DNA from: Negaprion brevirostris
Lineage: Eukaryota
Length of the DNA stretch: 64,000 nucleotides
Direction of reading: 5' to 3'
NCBI GenBank assembly: GCA_030324005.1
Contig: JARDVH010000042.1
Location: 61,275,461 to 61,339,460, forward strand
Position 1 is the stretch's first letter. Each line of letters opens with the position of its first letter. A model generated the notes under the pieces. That model searched no databases. It was not told the origin of the DNA and saw only the letters and a list, made by a program, of their open reading frames with translations. Positions 13,410 to 27,004 of this stretch are shown here, piece after piece. Both the position numbers and the translations under genes were made by a program.

Positions 13410-13570
13410 AATTTTTATTTCTTTCATTTGAGGGACATGGACAATGCTAGCTGGTCAGCATTTATTGCCCTTCCCTAGTTGCCCTCGAGAAGGCGATGGT
13501 GAGCTGTTGCCTTAACACTGCAGTCAATGTGCTGTGGGTTGACCCACAATGCCTTTAGGGAGGGAATTTC
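13410..13570 (-). mobile_element. LINE 3' tail fragment
   Basis: ggtcagcatttattgcccttccctagttgccctcgagaagg is the reverse complement of the shared tail. Confidence 0.75.
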
Positions 13571-13969
13571 TGTTCTTATAAGTACTACTCCCTTGCTTAT
13601 CCTGAATAGGAACCTTTCAAAAGATTTATAACCTTGACTAAACTGCTGTTTTATTCATTAATGAGGATTAATGAATCATTTTCTTAAGTACTATCTTCTT
13701 TTAAAAGTAGTTTTGACACTACTCAGTATACTGAATTTAATTTTAAAGTTGTTTTGCAGGTAATATTTGGCAAAAAGAAATCAGCATGGGTAAAAACATT
13801 TGACAAGAGAATAGAGAAAATCAAAACTAATCTTCTAGCAGTTATTTGTGGAAATAAGCAGGAATTATATTCAACCTACTTTTTCCCACTATGCTGTGGA
13901 GAAACTTGAAAGGGGTGATATTTAATGACTGCAAGATTAGACATTTAAACTGTAATTTTGTGTTTACAG

Positions 13970-14118
13970 AAGAGATGGCGACATACTTGCGTTATGTAAG
14001 AAGATTGGACTTCTTTGAGAAACCAGACTATGATTACCTAAGGAAGCTCTTCACAGACTTATTTGACAAGAAGGGTTACATGTTCGATTATGAATATGAC
14101 TGGATTGGCAAACAGCTT
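13970..14118 (+). CDS. CSNK1G3: CK1 gamma 3 exon (E)[49 protein letters not shown] (end of kinase domain)
   Basis: Acceptor tgtttacag|aag is a tandem NAGNAG with an alternative start at 13973. Donor CTT|gtaaga. [15 protein letters not shown] fits the gamma-3 paralog. Confidence 0.96.
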
Positions 14119-15212
14119 GTAAGACTAAAAATTTACTTATTTGCAAATATTACTTTGGTCAGGTGAATATAGTTATTGCAAAACGCAACAGGCACCTCAG
14201 ATATTTCTGGATGGGATTAGAAATCCAGATAAAATTGTTGGCCTCTGTCTGCAACTTTAAAATATTTCGTCCTTTATCACAAATAATGTTTGGACCGTGA
14301 AGCTTGAGCAAAGCTGAAGCTGATATGAGATGTGCTCATGTGATGTTGAAATTCAGAACCCTCTGTACCATATTCTGAAAGTCAGACTGACTATGCTCTG
14401 TATGCACAGTGGCTTACTAAACATAACTGAGGCACGATTCTGAAGTGTACTGGGCTTAATTCTCAACCTGTTTCATGATAGCTAATTTCAGACAGCAGCA
14501 GTGGAAGAGCTGGGGCTGGAAGTTTCAGAACCCTGAGTTGGAAAGTATTAAATTTGACTTTGTTGNNNNNNNNNNNNNNNNNNNNNNNNNNNNNNNNNNN
14601 NNNNNNNNNNNNNNNNNNNNNNNNNNNNNNNNNNNNNNNNNNNNNNNNNNNNNNNNNNNNNNNNNNNNNNNNNNNNNNNNNNNNNNNNNNNNNNNNNNNN
14701 NNNNNNNNNNNNNNNNNNNNNNNNNNNNNNNNNNNNNNNNNNNNNNNNNNNNNNNNNNNNNNNNNNNNNNNNNNNNNNNNNNNNNNNNNNNNNNNNNNNN
14801 NNNNNNNNNNNNNNNNNNNNNNNNNNNNNNNNNNNNNNNNNNNNNNNNNNNNNNNNNNNNNNNNNNNNNNNNNNNNNNNNNNNNNNNNNNNNNNNNNNNN
14901 NNNNNNNNNNNNNNNNNNNNNNNNNNNNNNNNNNNNNNNNNNNNNNNNNNNNNNNNNNNNNNNNNNNNNNNNNNNNNNNNNNNNNNNNNNNNNNNNNNNN
15001 NNNNNNNNNNNNNNNNNNNNNNNNNNNNNNNNNNNNNNNNNNNNNNNNNNNNNNNNNNNNNNNNNNNNNNNNNNNNNNNNNNNNNNNNNNNNNNNNNNNN
15101 NNNNNNNNNNNNNNNNNNNNNNNNNNNNNNNNNNNNNNNNNNNNNNNNNNNNNNNNNNNNNNNNNNNNNNNNNNNNNNNNNNNNNNNNNNNNNNNNNNNN
15201 NNNNNNNNNNNN

Positions 15213-15266
15213 CTGAGTTTCTGGATTAATAATCTCGCGATAATACCACTAGACCATCGCCTCCCC
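15213..15266 (-). mobile_element. Head of tRNA-derived SINE (same family as 55067); rest lies in the gap
   Basis: Reverse complement of GGGAGGCGATGGTCTAGTGGTATTATCGCGAGATTATTAATCCAGAAACTCAG. Confidence 0.8.
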
Positions 15267-16694
15267 AATCTTGTGAACCTTGGCTAAATAGCCTAAAACC
15301 AAGCAATGTTTTCCATTACAAGCATCGGTAAAGGCTCATTGTTTATCTGACAAGGAACACTTTACATAACATGGAATTGGTGTGCAGGGTTATTTGGAGC
15401 TGAATAGACCCATTTATCCATTATACTTTCACTACCACTGTACTCAGTGAGCAAGGCTATCTGGTTTACCAGCACTACTTTGAGTGCTGCAGAATTGCAT
15501 CGAATGATTCAGACATAGTGCATGGAAGTCAGTTTCAATCTTGCATCACTGGGTGTGCCCTTTTTAGAAGCAGTTCAGCATGAAAGGGACTGTACTTCCC
15601 ATTGCATTGTATGAAGTTCATGTAATGCTTCTGCATCATTGAGCATTTTAATTGCACATTGTAACTAATGTTTTATATGCTATTAAAGGAGGTTGGTTTC
15701 CTGGTTCATATTTGCAAGCCCATCTAATAATGAATGATGGTGCAATTCATTACTCTACCTTTTGTTAATGTTTATTTGAGTTTGCAATGAATGGAAATTG
15801 ATGCCAAATACATTTCTTGTATTAAGAGTTGTCAGTGCTGCAGAATGAAACATTATTCCAAGCCTTTTGTGTGTGACACACTTCTGGCTAAATAGACAGT
15901 TTAGGAGCATTGACATTTATGACAGCAGCAAATTATTTTTCAATAACTCAATTATTCAAGAAAGCAGTTCTCTTTAAGAGAAAGGCAGAGATGCCTGGAT
16001 CAGTACAAATACATTTCTTTGTAGCTGCTCATTGTGCATTTTCCCAAATACCCATCCAAATGATTACATCTGTGTATCTCCAACAGTGTTTTTCCTTGAT
16101 TCCCTTTCATCCATTTCCCAATTAAGGAATTTCTGTTATGTGGTTCTACTCCTGCCTGAATGAACACAGTCAGCTCATCTCCATCAATAACTTATCTCCT
16201 ATCCAAGGACCCATCATTTTCATCAAAATGTTTCCTCTAGTCAAAGCATCAACAGACATGACACAGTTGCCATAGTTACGCCAATGAAATCGTGATGCAC
16301 CTTTCCACCACATGGCTCAGTAACCAGTATTGCAACAAACAAATTAACAGTTACCTAGAAATATATATAGCTGCAAGAATAACTTGTTCAGGCAAAAAGA
16401 TCAATCTTTTCTGGTGAGAAGAAACTTTTTTTTGGACAAGGTCACAAGATTTCTCAAAACAATGTGAGAAATGGGTGTCGGGTTGCACTGGAGAGAAATG
16501 GACACTTGAACTTTTAGCTGTGGACCCTTGATGAGAACTATTTAAAAAAAAACATACAGCTGAGTTGAACAAAAGGAAGGGGCAGGAAAAATACATGTAT
16601 ATTAACAGTCACTGTCACTTCTTTTGCGATTGCCCTTGCATCACAGTTTGTCTTCAATATCAGAAATGTTTCCCAATTCGGCTAACTGTGGAGA

Positions 16695-16755
16695 TAATGT
16701 GCTCAAGTCTCTGGAGTGGAGCATGAACCTACAACCTTTTGACTCCAAGAGAAAT
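16695..16755 (-). mobile_element. SacSINE1/DeuSINE-like tRNA head remnant
   Basis: Reverse complement reads GAGTCAAAAGGTTGTAGGTTCATGCTCCACTCCAGAGACTTGAGCACA. A similar head lies at 63958-64000. Confidence 0.5.
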
Positions 16756-17018
16756 AGAGCTCGTGTAAGGAGAAATATAGGGATACCTGCTTAATTTGGC
16801 ATTCTGGAAATGTTAATTGAATGCTGACTGGGGACTTGTTGCATGTTGCAATCTCAACGCTCACTTTATTGTTAGCTGAGTGATGTAGATTAATGTTTGC
16901 AGGCAAAAGGCAGTATTGTGTACTTCCAATGAGTAACAAAGAGCAGCTGTTTCAAGTTCACGTTGACCCTTCAATTATCTTTATTTAAGATTGTAAAGAC
17001 TGTTTTCTTTAATTGTAG

Positions 17019-17114
17019 CCTACTCCGGTTGGTTCAATTCATGCAGATAGTGCTCTAACAGCGAACAGAGATGGTCATCAGTACAGGGACAGAACACAGC
17101 AAACGAAAGCTCAG
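17019..17114 (+). CDS. CSNK1G3: CK1 gamma 3 exon PTPVGSIHADSALTANRDGHQYRDRTQQTKAQ
   Basis: 96 nt, phase 0/0, bounded by ttttctttaattgtag| and CAG|gtaggt. PTPVG follows KQL as in CK1-gamma proteins. Not in the ORF track. Confidence 0.92.
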
Positions 17115-20100
17115 GTAGGTGTGGAAATATCATTGTGATTTGGATTGTTATTTGCAATAAGTTATTTGAGTACCTTCTAGGAAATGAAGGTGCTTTTTCA
17201 CTGCTTTTGAGCTTTATTGGTGCACCAGGATTGTTGGCTTCCAGACTGGAGTAACTGGTAACAACTTTGAAGTAAACTTGCTGGATATGTTATGGTCAAA
17301 AAAGTTTGCTTGCTGCTGGCCTAAAAGAATCTGGCCAGGTTGCATTTGTGTTGCTGTTGATTGCACAAGATTTGCCTGGCAAAAGCTGATGCCACAAGAA
17401 CTGGAACAACTAGGAAACTGAAAGAGAAACAAAGTCAGTGAGTGGAGTTCCAGCTGCAGATCAGCTGCGTGATGTGAACCTTGCATTGAATGATTATATT
17501 GTAGTAAACTGAGCATGTTTCAGTCATATTAGAAATTGCATAAATTCTCATTTGCTACGTGTGGGGTTCAGATCTGCAGATAAGCGTGAGCCAAAGTCTG
17601 ACATGTGTCCGTTGCTCTGACAATGAGCCGTGGGATGTAAACAAGTATTAGTGTTTCCCTTTGGAAAGAAAACCCAGTTTGGTTTTGTTGGCTGAAGCTG
17701 GACTAGAAGTTTTGATAACTTTTCTCCCCTTGAGAGTATTTTATATTTTGAATCTATACACTTTTTAAATACTTGTATAACTTGATATATCATATAAAAT
17801 GTTTGTTAAATATTATACTTCCATAGAAACAACTGATCTTTCACGCCATACATGTTATACAACATTGAGTATGTATATATGTATGGATATGTGTATATAT
17901 TTTCTAATTATAGTTGTAATATTCTGGACTTGAGGATGGAATGGGGCCGGGGGGNNNNNNNNNNNNNNNNNNNNNNNNNNNNNNNNNNNNNNNNNNNNNN
18001 NNNNNNNNNNNNNNNNNNNNNNNNNNNNNNNNNNNNNNNNNNNNNNNNNNNNNNACTTGAGGATGGAATGGGGCCGGGGGGGGGGGGGGGGGGCGGGGTG
18101 AGGAATGGCTGGTGAAATGTAGAAATGGCTTGTTTATTAACTGTGGTAGCGGTTGTTAGAAGTTTTTGGACGCAATTTCTACACACTATTCAATGAGGGA
18201 GAAAAAAACTCAATGTCTAGCTGATTTTTATTTTTCATTGGCAAGCTCCCAAGTACATTTGATATCATGTCTTAAGGTGGCCTTAAGCTTAAACTTGGGA
18301 GAAATTGTCTATCCAAGTTTCATAATGGTTGCCACTGGAAGCAAAGTTAATTATCATAAGTGATATGCAAAAATGATTGAGTGCATTACTTGTGCCTGGC
18401 ATTTGGTTGAGTCTCCAAGTTGGGGAATCTAGTCTTGGCTTGCAAGCCAGAACAAGCCTGTGTCAGAGAAACATTTTGCAGGCGTTTATTGAATACAGTA
18501 GTTTTTTTAAAAGCTTTTTGAGACTTGCAATTTTTTAATTGCTTTTTTATATATGTTGTTATTTATGTATCTAATTATTCAGCTGATTCCAAAATAAATT
18601 TCATCCAAATTTAAGTAAATAAAGCAACCTGGATGAAACTTTGGGCTTCAACATGGTTGAGTGTCTGGGACATGTTTGTTGATTTACATTTCAGTGGATT
18701 TGCTTGAGGTTTTTTTTAAAAATGAAAAAAACTTGACACTTGATTTTATTTTTGCCATGAACAGATTTGGTGAGTCATTCACAAATCTTATTCAAGATAC
18801 ACTGCGCATGAGCTTTAATTATTTAGAAACAAATGCTTATGAAGTAACTGCAAAAGGGAGGAAAAAGTCTCTGGCCAATGTGAGCCTATCAGCATGACCA
18901 TAAAGCTCAAATGAAGAAAATTCTCAATGGAATGTTTAGAACAATGCAGCAACGATGTCTGTGAACCAACTATTATCAAAAGTTCTTAACTTAATTGAAT
19001 TTTGTACAAAACTCAAGTTAATTACTCAATTTCGCTACACCAAAAATTTATTGAATTATAGTCCCAATGTTTTGAATTTTTCACTTTAGTTGCTATTTTT
19101 GTCCAGACAAGAAACACAGCTCCACCTGTTAAATTGGACAATTTTATATTTAAAAGAGACAGAAATGAATACAATACTGCAGTGATTAGGAGAATACAAC
19201 ATCATTGGAATTCTGGTTTGTTTATGTGAGAGTGCAGTCTTCAATCTCCCAACGTTGTTAAAGGCTGGGCTAGTAAGTAATTGTCATCTTGCATGAATGA
19301 GATGCTACCACTGCAACAGGCGTGAAACTCGCGTTCAGTCTTTGTAAGCACAGCCATGAGCTGCAACTTCCCAGCAAAAAAAAATTGATTTATCCATTTG
19401 TCGCTGGGGTTCAGGAAGCCTGCTTAGGGAATAGGCAAGAGCTGATTGGTGACTATGAATATTAATGAAATCTACAGTAATACGAAAGTACCTTGGTGAC
19501 TTATTGATTACCTGATAAAATTCTTCTGCCCTTAGGGTAGGGGGGTGAGTCACTCACTCATTTCGATGTGGCAGTGAAGCAGGGGATGTTTGGTTTCTGA
19601 GGGGAAAAGCTCACTCATTCTTTATTCTGATAAGTTACAAAAACATTACCTTTGATCCTTGGCATCCATATTTTTGTAATGATGGTTATCAAACATTTTC
19701 AATCCTGCCAGATTTAAAAGATTTGAGAAGTCTTGTTCCAAGACATTAAATTGTGGGGCTATGAAATTCACTTTCACTGTTCATTTGCATTTCTATGAAT
19801 GAGATTAGTCTGCACCATAGCACACAACGAATGGCCTACTGTTGCTAAACTGCAGAGGATTCCCTCATTGTTTCCGGAACGGACCATGCAGGGAAGGCTT
19901 GATAGATTTTTTTTGCAAGGAAGTTTGGGTAGAAGCCATGTGAGCAAAGTTGTCAGTGGTTTGAATCGCTGACAAGCAAGGGCAAATGACTGTCAGCAAC
20001 AAAGAAGTAGTGTAAAAATAATTTCCTACCTGCAGAAGTATAAATCAAAAGTTATTCAGCCTGGACTTGAAGCAAGCCTGAGAATTTTGGGTAGAAATGT

Positions 20101-20339
20101 CTGGGTTCCCCAGTGAAGGGAGTGAATGGGATGGGGGCTTGGGTTAGAGCAATTGGGAAGCAGAATAAGGCCTATAGGTGGCAGTTAATTATCCGGATAA
20201 GGGCCTCAGTCGGCCTGAGGTCAGACAGGCTGCTGAATGTCTTATCCAGCCCTGTCATGTGGGAAAGAGGTTGCCAGTTAGCAGCAAAGTAATGGCAGGC
20301 TTGTCAGTTGTTTTATTTTGTGTATCCCCAACTGCCTGT

Positions 20340-20343
<4 letters not shown>

Positions 20344-20404
<61 letters not shown>
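20344..20404. repeat. (CA)n microsatellite, about 29 units
   Basis: Seen directly. Confidence 0.97.
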
Positions 20405-20405
<1 letters not shown>

Positions 20406-20559
20406 TAAAATGCACCAGGTGACTGCAAAATTCACCCCAATTAATTACTACTTGGTAAACAATGACTATGTTTGTGTGTAGGCAAACGCAGCAACCATTC
20501 CAAGCTATTACTGCCCAGCAAATTGTGTTGTATGAAATTGGCAGTATGTTTGCACTGAT

Positions 20560-21600
20560 TTTGCTCTGCATTGGAGGAGTAATATCTCAATAAGTGTATC
20601 CGTTAGCATGCTATTGGAAGTCTTGTCAGCAGTCCTGGAACACTCCCCAACCTGTGTGGCTTTGGATAGATTCACAACCGATCTAGCAGTTCGAAGGCAC
20701 GAATCCATGAGGCACTGTGGGTTATCAGTAGCTGCATCATTGCATCCCAGTAAAATCTGGCCTGGCATATTCCAACTTTACCAACACCAGCAGATTTACT
20801 TGCTGCATTCAATCGTGAATGGTGGCGGAGAATTCAACAAAAAGAGGAGGAGAGCATATGAACATCTCATACCTGAACCCAGCATGAGTTTAGAAAACAA
20901 GGCTGAGGTTTTTGCAACCACTTTCATTCACAAGTGCCAAGTGAATGATCTGTCTTGGCCTCCTGCTCAGGTCTTTATGCTTACAGAAGCCTGTTTTTAG
21001 CTAATCTGATCACTTGCGATCACAGTCAAAGATGGCTAAGCAATCTGGATAGAGCAAAGACAATGGGCCCTACCAAGGTCCCAGCTGCTGTACTGAACAC
21101 TTGTGCTCCAGATCTTGTCATGCCTCCAGCCAAACTATTCCAGTGCAGCTGCAACACTGGCCTCTGCTGAATAAAGTGGACAATTACGTAGTTATGTCCT
21201 ATTCACAGAAAGAAAGACAAAACTAATCTGGCAAATTATCATGCATCAGTCTGCTCTCAGGCATGAGCTAAGAGATGGAAGGTGATGTCATCAACAGTGC
21301 TGTTAAACTGCACTTGGACAACAATAATGTACACAAGATAAAAGCAAGATATTGTAGATGCTGGAATCTGAAACAAAAACAGAAAATGCTGGATAGTCTC
21401 AGCAGGCCTGACAGCATCTGTGTGGAGAGAATAGAATCCATGTTTAGGGTCTGGAGGACCCTTTGTCTCACCATTGCTTTGTTTGGGTTCTCCCAGGACC
21501 ACTGGTTGCAGATCTCATTACAGCCTTCGTCCAGGTAAGTACAGGAAAGCTGAATTCCTAAAGTGAGGAGAGAGTGAGTATTCTTGACACCAATGCAGTT
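20560..21600 (+). mobile_element. Decayed CR1/L2-group LINE ORF2 fragment with a nested Penelope-type terminal repeat (21333-21470)
   Basis: KTMGPTKVPAAVLNTCAPDLVMPPAKLFQCS and a later FGFSQDH (QFGFRQGH-like) are RT N-terminal motifs. Confidence 0.75.
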
Positions 21601-21928
21601 TCTCCAATGTTCGTTTCTCTGGATTGGCCATTGGTATGGCAGTGATCACTGGATGCCTTGTCTATAAATTATTCGATTGACCTACTGGATAACATTCATT
21701 TTAAGCAGCACTGGTATGTGGCTGCACAGTAATCATGAAGGGCAAAACTGGCTGCAAATGAGCAGAAATTCCAGTTTGAGATGTGTGTATGCATGAGCAC
21801 AAGAAATGGACTGCTCGTAGCAAAGCGAAATTTGATGGAATATTGCTGACTAGCAGAATTAATTTGAGATCGAGGTTAATGTCACATTTTCTTGAAAGCC
21901 ATAAAAATTTTGAATAGTACGTAATAAT

Positions 21929-22237
21929 CATAGAATCTTACAGTGCAGAAGGAGGCCATTCAACTCATTGAGTCTGCGCCAACCACGTTCCCACCCAGGC
22001 CCTATCCCCATGACCCCACGCATTTACCCTAGCTAGTCACCCTGACACTAAGGGGCAATTTGACATGGCCAATCCATCTAACTTGCACATCTTTGAACTG
22101 TGGGAGGCTACTGGAGCACCTGGAGTAAACCCACGCAAACACTGGGAGAATGTGCAAACTCTACACAGACACAGACCTGGGAATTAAACCTCGGACACTG
22201 GCGCTGTGAAGCAGCAGTACTAGCCACTGTGCTGTCC
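21929..22237 (-). mobile_element. V-SINE (HE1-like), tail type A, near full length
   Basis: The reverse complement has head GGACAGCACAGTGGCTAGTACTGCTGCTTCACAGCGCCAG, a V-domain and a CR1-like tail ...GATTCTATG. Confidence 0.88.
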
Positions 22238-23446
22238 ATTTAATGATGATGGAATACAATCTCTTCATTCAAGCCAAACCGTATCAATTGAATTTAATGG
22301 AATTCCTTTGGAAAACAGTGGGATACTTCAATAAAACGTACATGGATTTTAAAAAGACCCAAGTTGTTGTACAAGGGTTATTTACGAAATTGAGATAAAG
22401 GTTAAAAGGGAATATGATAATATGGATAGGAAATTAGATAAACAACTGGAAGCAAGGGTGAATGGATTTGTTTTTGGATTCAGGGATGAGAATACTGGTA
22501 ATAACCAGGCGTCAGTATTCAGACTATTACTCTCGATTTTATGCGCTGCGGAATCTGTTATGGGGCTGCAATATCTAAAATATGCATGTGACACAAAATT
22601 CAAGTTTTCGGTGAATGGTTTCAAGAGGACACATGAGATAGTAGACTATAAGTGTTAGCTGGCATTTGAGGCTGAAATATTTTGAATGAGGAGTGGATTA
22701 AATGTTACATGTCAAAATTTTTAACCAAGATTCTTGAGCCAGTGCAGAGTAGCTGAAATGTTTTCCCATAGCCTTTCTCATGGTTTTGATTCTCGATAGT
22801 TGAGCGAACTGGATTATACCCAAGGCTGAGGTGCCCTACCTTGCCTTTTCACTGGTTGTGAATGCTCTACCAGAAACGCTGGTGGACACCAGGTCCATAT
22901 ATCTTTTCAATGCTTGGAAAAGAAGAGATGCAAGTGGGATGCTGCTAAGTAGAAAAGCTTTTTCAGAGAGCCAGTGTGGGAGTGATGGAACAGATTAGAT
23001 CCCCAGACATTGGAGTAGAAATGGGCCTTTTGGCCCATTGAGTCTGCTCCACCATTCAATGAGATTCTTTCTGTGCTGTGACATTGTATAAAAATGTGTC
23101 CTGCTAGCGTTTTTTTTCAAAATTTAATTGAATATGAGGTAGTGTTTTATAATGATATGGTTGAGAAAAAAATTTTTAAATTGAGCATCAGATTTTCTGA
23201 GGATTTGTTCGGTTTTTGATCCTCAACTTACAAAAAGCTTGCAATAGCGTGGTAAGCCCTGTGGGTGACTTATAGCAACATGCCATAAATGAACACGTAA
23301 AAAGACCATTAGTAAAGCAATAATGTAAATGTTCTTATTTTGCTGCTCCGAATTTCACAGGCAGTAAAATGTCCAAGTATATCTGGGAAATGAGTTAGAA
23401 ATGTTACTACGATTCATTTAAAGATGCACTGAAGAATTGCTCATAT

Positions 23447-23788
23447 AAGAACATAAGAAATAGGAGCAGGAGTAGGCCATCTAGCCCTTCGAGCCTGCCC
23501 CGCCATTGAGTAAGACCATGGCTGATCTGAAGTGGATCAGTTCCACTTTCTCCCCATAACCCTTAATTCCCTTGCCTGTCAAAAACCTATCTACCCGTGA
23601 CTTAAATATATTTAGCGAGGTANNNNNNNNNNNNNNNNNNNNNNNNNNNNNNNNNNNNNNNNNNNNNNNNNNNNNNNNNNNNNNNNNNNNNNNNNNNNNN
23701 NNNNNNNNNNNNNNNNNNNNNNTTCGCCTTTTAAAGAGTAACCCCTCCTACTATTATTTCTGCCGAAGTGGATAACCTCACACTTGTT
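23447..23788 (-). mobile_element. CR1 LINE 3' end (spans gap)
   Basis: taagaacataagaaataggagcaggagtaggccat is the reverse of a CR1 tail. KCEVIHFGR-like sequence at 23760-23785. Confidence 0.8.
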
Positions 23789-24029
23789 TAAGGAGCAATG
23801 TATCCATACATGGTATTATTTTCTCTTCGCTGTTGTATCCAATTGTCTCCTTTGGGTTTTAGCCACCCAGCTCCTGTAGTTGTAAATGTGCTGGAGCAGT
23901 GTTGATTGTTATCTAGCATTCTATATGGCTTACCTCCTGACTTTTTTCATTTGTGCCTTTTCATTCCATTTTGTTTGGAGATCAACATATCACTTATTCT
24001 CCATGTGGCCAAGATGAGTCCACCTTGTG

Positions 24030-24975
24030 TCCTGATTGTTAAAGTCAGTGAGAAGGATGTAAAGAGGTGACAGTGATTTAAATAGGTTCAATGAGTGGGT
24101 AGAAAGTTGACAGGTGCAGTATAATGTAGAAAAATGGGATCTTGTCCAGCAGATAGGATAGAAAAGCAGTAAATGGAGAGAGATTGCAGAATTGAGGCAC
24201 AGAGCAATGTGAATATCTTGGTGCATGAATCACAGGATAATATGTAGGTGCGGCAGGTGATTAGAAAGGCAAATTGTCTGTTCTTCCATGCAAGGATTAT
24301 GGAATATAAAAGTAGAGAGGTTTCGCTCGAATTGTACAGTGTTGCTGAGACTACATGTGGAGTATTGTCCACTGTTTTGGTCTCCTTGCTTAAGTAAGGA
24401 CATAATTGCATTAGAAGCAGTTTAGAGAAAGTTCACGATTCATGAGATGAAGGGGTGACTTTATAAGAAAAGGTTGGACCTGTGTCCATTAGAGTTTGAA
24501 AGAATGAGAGGTGATGTCCCACTTCAGATCTTTAGGNNNNNNNNNNNNNNNNNNNNNNNNNNNNNNNNNNNNNNNNNNNNNNNNNNNNNNNNNNNNNNNN
24601 NNNNNNNNNNNNNNNNNNNNNNNNNNNNNNNNNNNNACTTGACAAGCTGGATGCAGAGAGGATGTTTCCCATTTGAGCAAGACCAGAACTTGAGGACACA
24701 GTTTAAAAATAAAGATCTCTATTTAAAATGGAGCTGAAGAGAATTTTTTTGAGTTGGTGGTCTATGGAATTCTTTCTTCTGTCCCAAGAACATTGAAGGC
24801 AGTCCATTGAATATTTCAAGGACTGAGTTAGGTAGATTCTTGATTAACTATAGTATCTAAAGGTATGGGGAAAATGGAATTGAGGCCACAATCAGATCAG
24901 CAATAATCTTATCATGGCAGAACAGGCTTGAGGGGCCAAATAGCCAACTGCTCCTAATTCATACTTTATGTTTTT
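24030..24975 (+). mobile_element. CR1 LINE 3' portion, decayed
   Basis: MEYKSREV, EYCPLFWSP and LEFERMRGD motifs, plus tail ggcttgaggggccaaatagcc. Confidence 0.8.
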
Positions 24976-25174
24976 TGACTTAGGACTTTGAAATTTTGAT
25001 GTGTAACCCAACTTTGAGTTGTGCATGACAGATTGTTTGCCTTATATTCTTGATGCTATAGGAATGGTTATTTATGACATAAGTAACACTTTACAACAAG
25101 TATAGACGACAGGATGCAGCCTAGTCTGACGTTAATTCTGCTGTAATCAGTCAGAAGGCAGCACTCTACTACTT

Positions 25175-26300
25175 GGGCTGTCACTTTGATTCAATTATGA
25201 CTTGCTTCCACTCTGGTTCATTGGGTTCAGAGATGACTGAGTCGAATACATTCTGTCACATTTTGGGCTTGAAAGTTTGGGCAAATGGGTTGTTTGGCAG
25301 TTTTTGCACTCCCTCCGACATCTCNNNNNNNNNNCGACCTTAGGGTCTGTGTATTGCAGTTAAAATCTGTGTTCAGTGCCTTCCCGGATGAGCCTTCACA
25401 AGCAAGGGTCCCCTGTGAGTTGACAAGCACATTTGATCCCTTCAAAGGTGCTTTGAGGATATCCCTGAAACGTTTCCGTTATTCTCCTGTAACTTTTCTG
25501 CCATGACCGAGTTCGAATAGAGCAAATGCTTTGAACTGCTGGTGTCAGGCATCAAAGCAACGTGTCCTGCCAATGCAGCTAGTTTTGATTGATTATGCTT
25601 TGATGCTGGGCACATTGGCTGTTGGACTGCCTGCCTTCCCATGGGTATTGGAGGATCTTGTGAAGGCACTACTGGTGATACTTTGCCAGTGTTTTGAGGT
25701 GCCTTTTATCAGGCTTTCCAAGTCTCCAAAGTTTTCCAAAGATCACTGTGTTGCTCGGTCGGCAATCTTAATCTCTGGTTTGAGACCCAGACCCTCAAAT
25801 ACTCTTCCTCCTTCGTCAGCTAAAGGCTGAACTGGCACACTGGAGATGATCCCTTTGTTGAGAGGAGAGTTTCAAGATAGTGTACTTCGAGAGCTGATAT
25901 TATCCTATGTATCTTGACAGAGAATCTTGATGATAATGACTTTGAGGCTGCCATGGTGAAGTTCAGTCAGTGCTATTGAATGGTGAAGTGAAGTTCAGTG
26001 CCACCGGAAACTGCTGATCCTTGCTCAATCCATGCAGCAGAAAGATCTGATCAGCGCAAGACCTGTTCTTCCTTATCTCAGAGTCAACCATCAGTTGCCA
26101 GTTTAAGCCTATTAAGGGTAATGGTTCCAAACAACTTACCAGGGACAGAAAATAACATGACACCACACCAGTTCTGGCTGTTGTTTCTGTCGCTGTTTTT
26201 GCAAAGCATGATATTAATGTCTTTTTGCCCAAACTCCTAGTGCTCGTTGCCCCTCACACTAAATTAAATAAAAATTGGGCGGTAATCAAATGTCTGGCTC
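25175..26300 (-). mobile_element. RTE-clade LINE RT/3' fragment
   Basis: Minus-strand IRKNRSCADQIF resembles RTE GFRKGRSCxDQIF. The 3' region resembles LRWLGHV. Confidence 0.6.
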
Positions 26301-27004
26301 CACTTCTTCATTCTGCACTAATCTGATCTGATTGAGATCATTAGTTTTTTAAATTAGTCCTGGTACATCTAATTCCATCACAATTAGCATCCCATTCAAT
26401 GGAGTTAGTTTTTTTGGATTTGGAAGTGATCTGTTGAGGTTTTTGTATGAATAATTCCCTTTGTGTTTTTTTTCTTTTTAGTGATGAGGCAACTATGTAG
26501 TATTTTCACAGTAACTTCATTGCAGTGTTAATGTAAGTCTACTTGTGACAATGATAAGCTTTTAACTTTAGTATTTGATAGGACCTTCACTGTGGTATTT
26601 AACATATATTGCAAATTTCTTACCATTCTGAAAAGTCTCTCCATTGTTCCTCTTACTATTTTTTCAGTTTGTTTCGCAATGGAATTTATTTTGTCGTTAC
26701 ACGTTGAGCTGGCTTGTTTTTTCTTTCCTCCACTTGATACCACTGGGATCAGATATGTTATGTACATTTGGCTTGACCTTTCCCTTTCAGTATTTGCATG
26801 TCATGTGTTAGCATGAAGCCACTCCTTGTTCTTGCCTTTGATATATCACAAAACCAAGTCTGTCATCACGATGTAATGTTTTTTAATGGAAGTGAAACTG
26901 CTTTCTGCATGATCAAACATATTGACCATCCCTGCAGCAATTTAAATTCTACATTGCAAGTTGGTTCTTTGAACTGAACATTCTGCCTTTTATCAGCGTG
27001 TATA

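Noticed and set aside
5059-15287. Long ORFs in the track full of X (also near 28.0, 34.8, 43.0, 48.0 and 49.5 kb)
   Set aside because: They are open only because they run through N gaps.
17927-18100. Duplicated acttgaggatggaatggggccggggg and poly-G (possible G-quadruplex repeat)
   Set aside because: Also flanks a 100-N gap at a G homopolymer. Assembly artefact.
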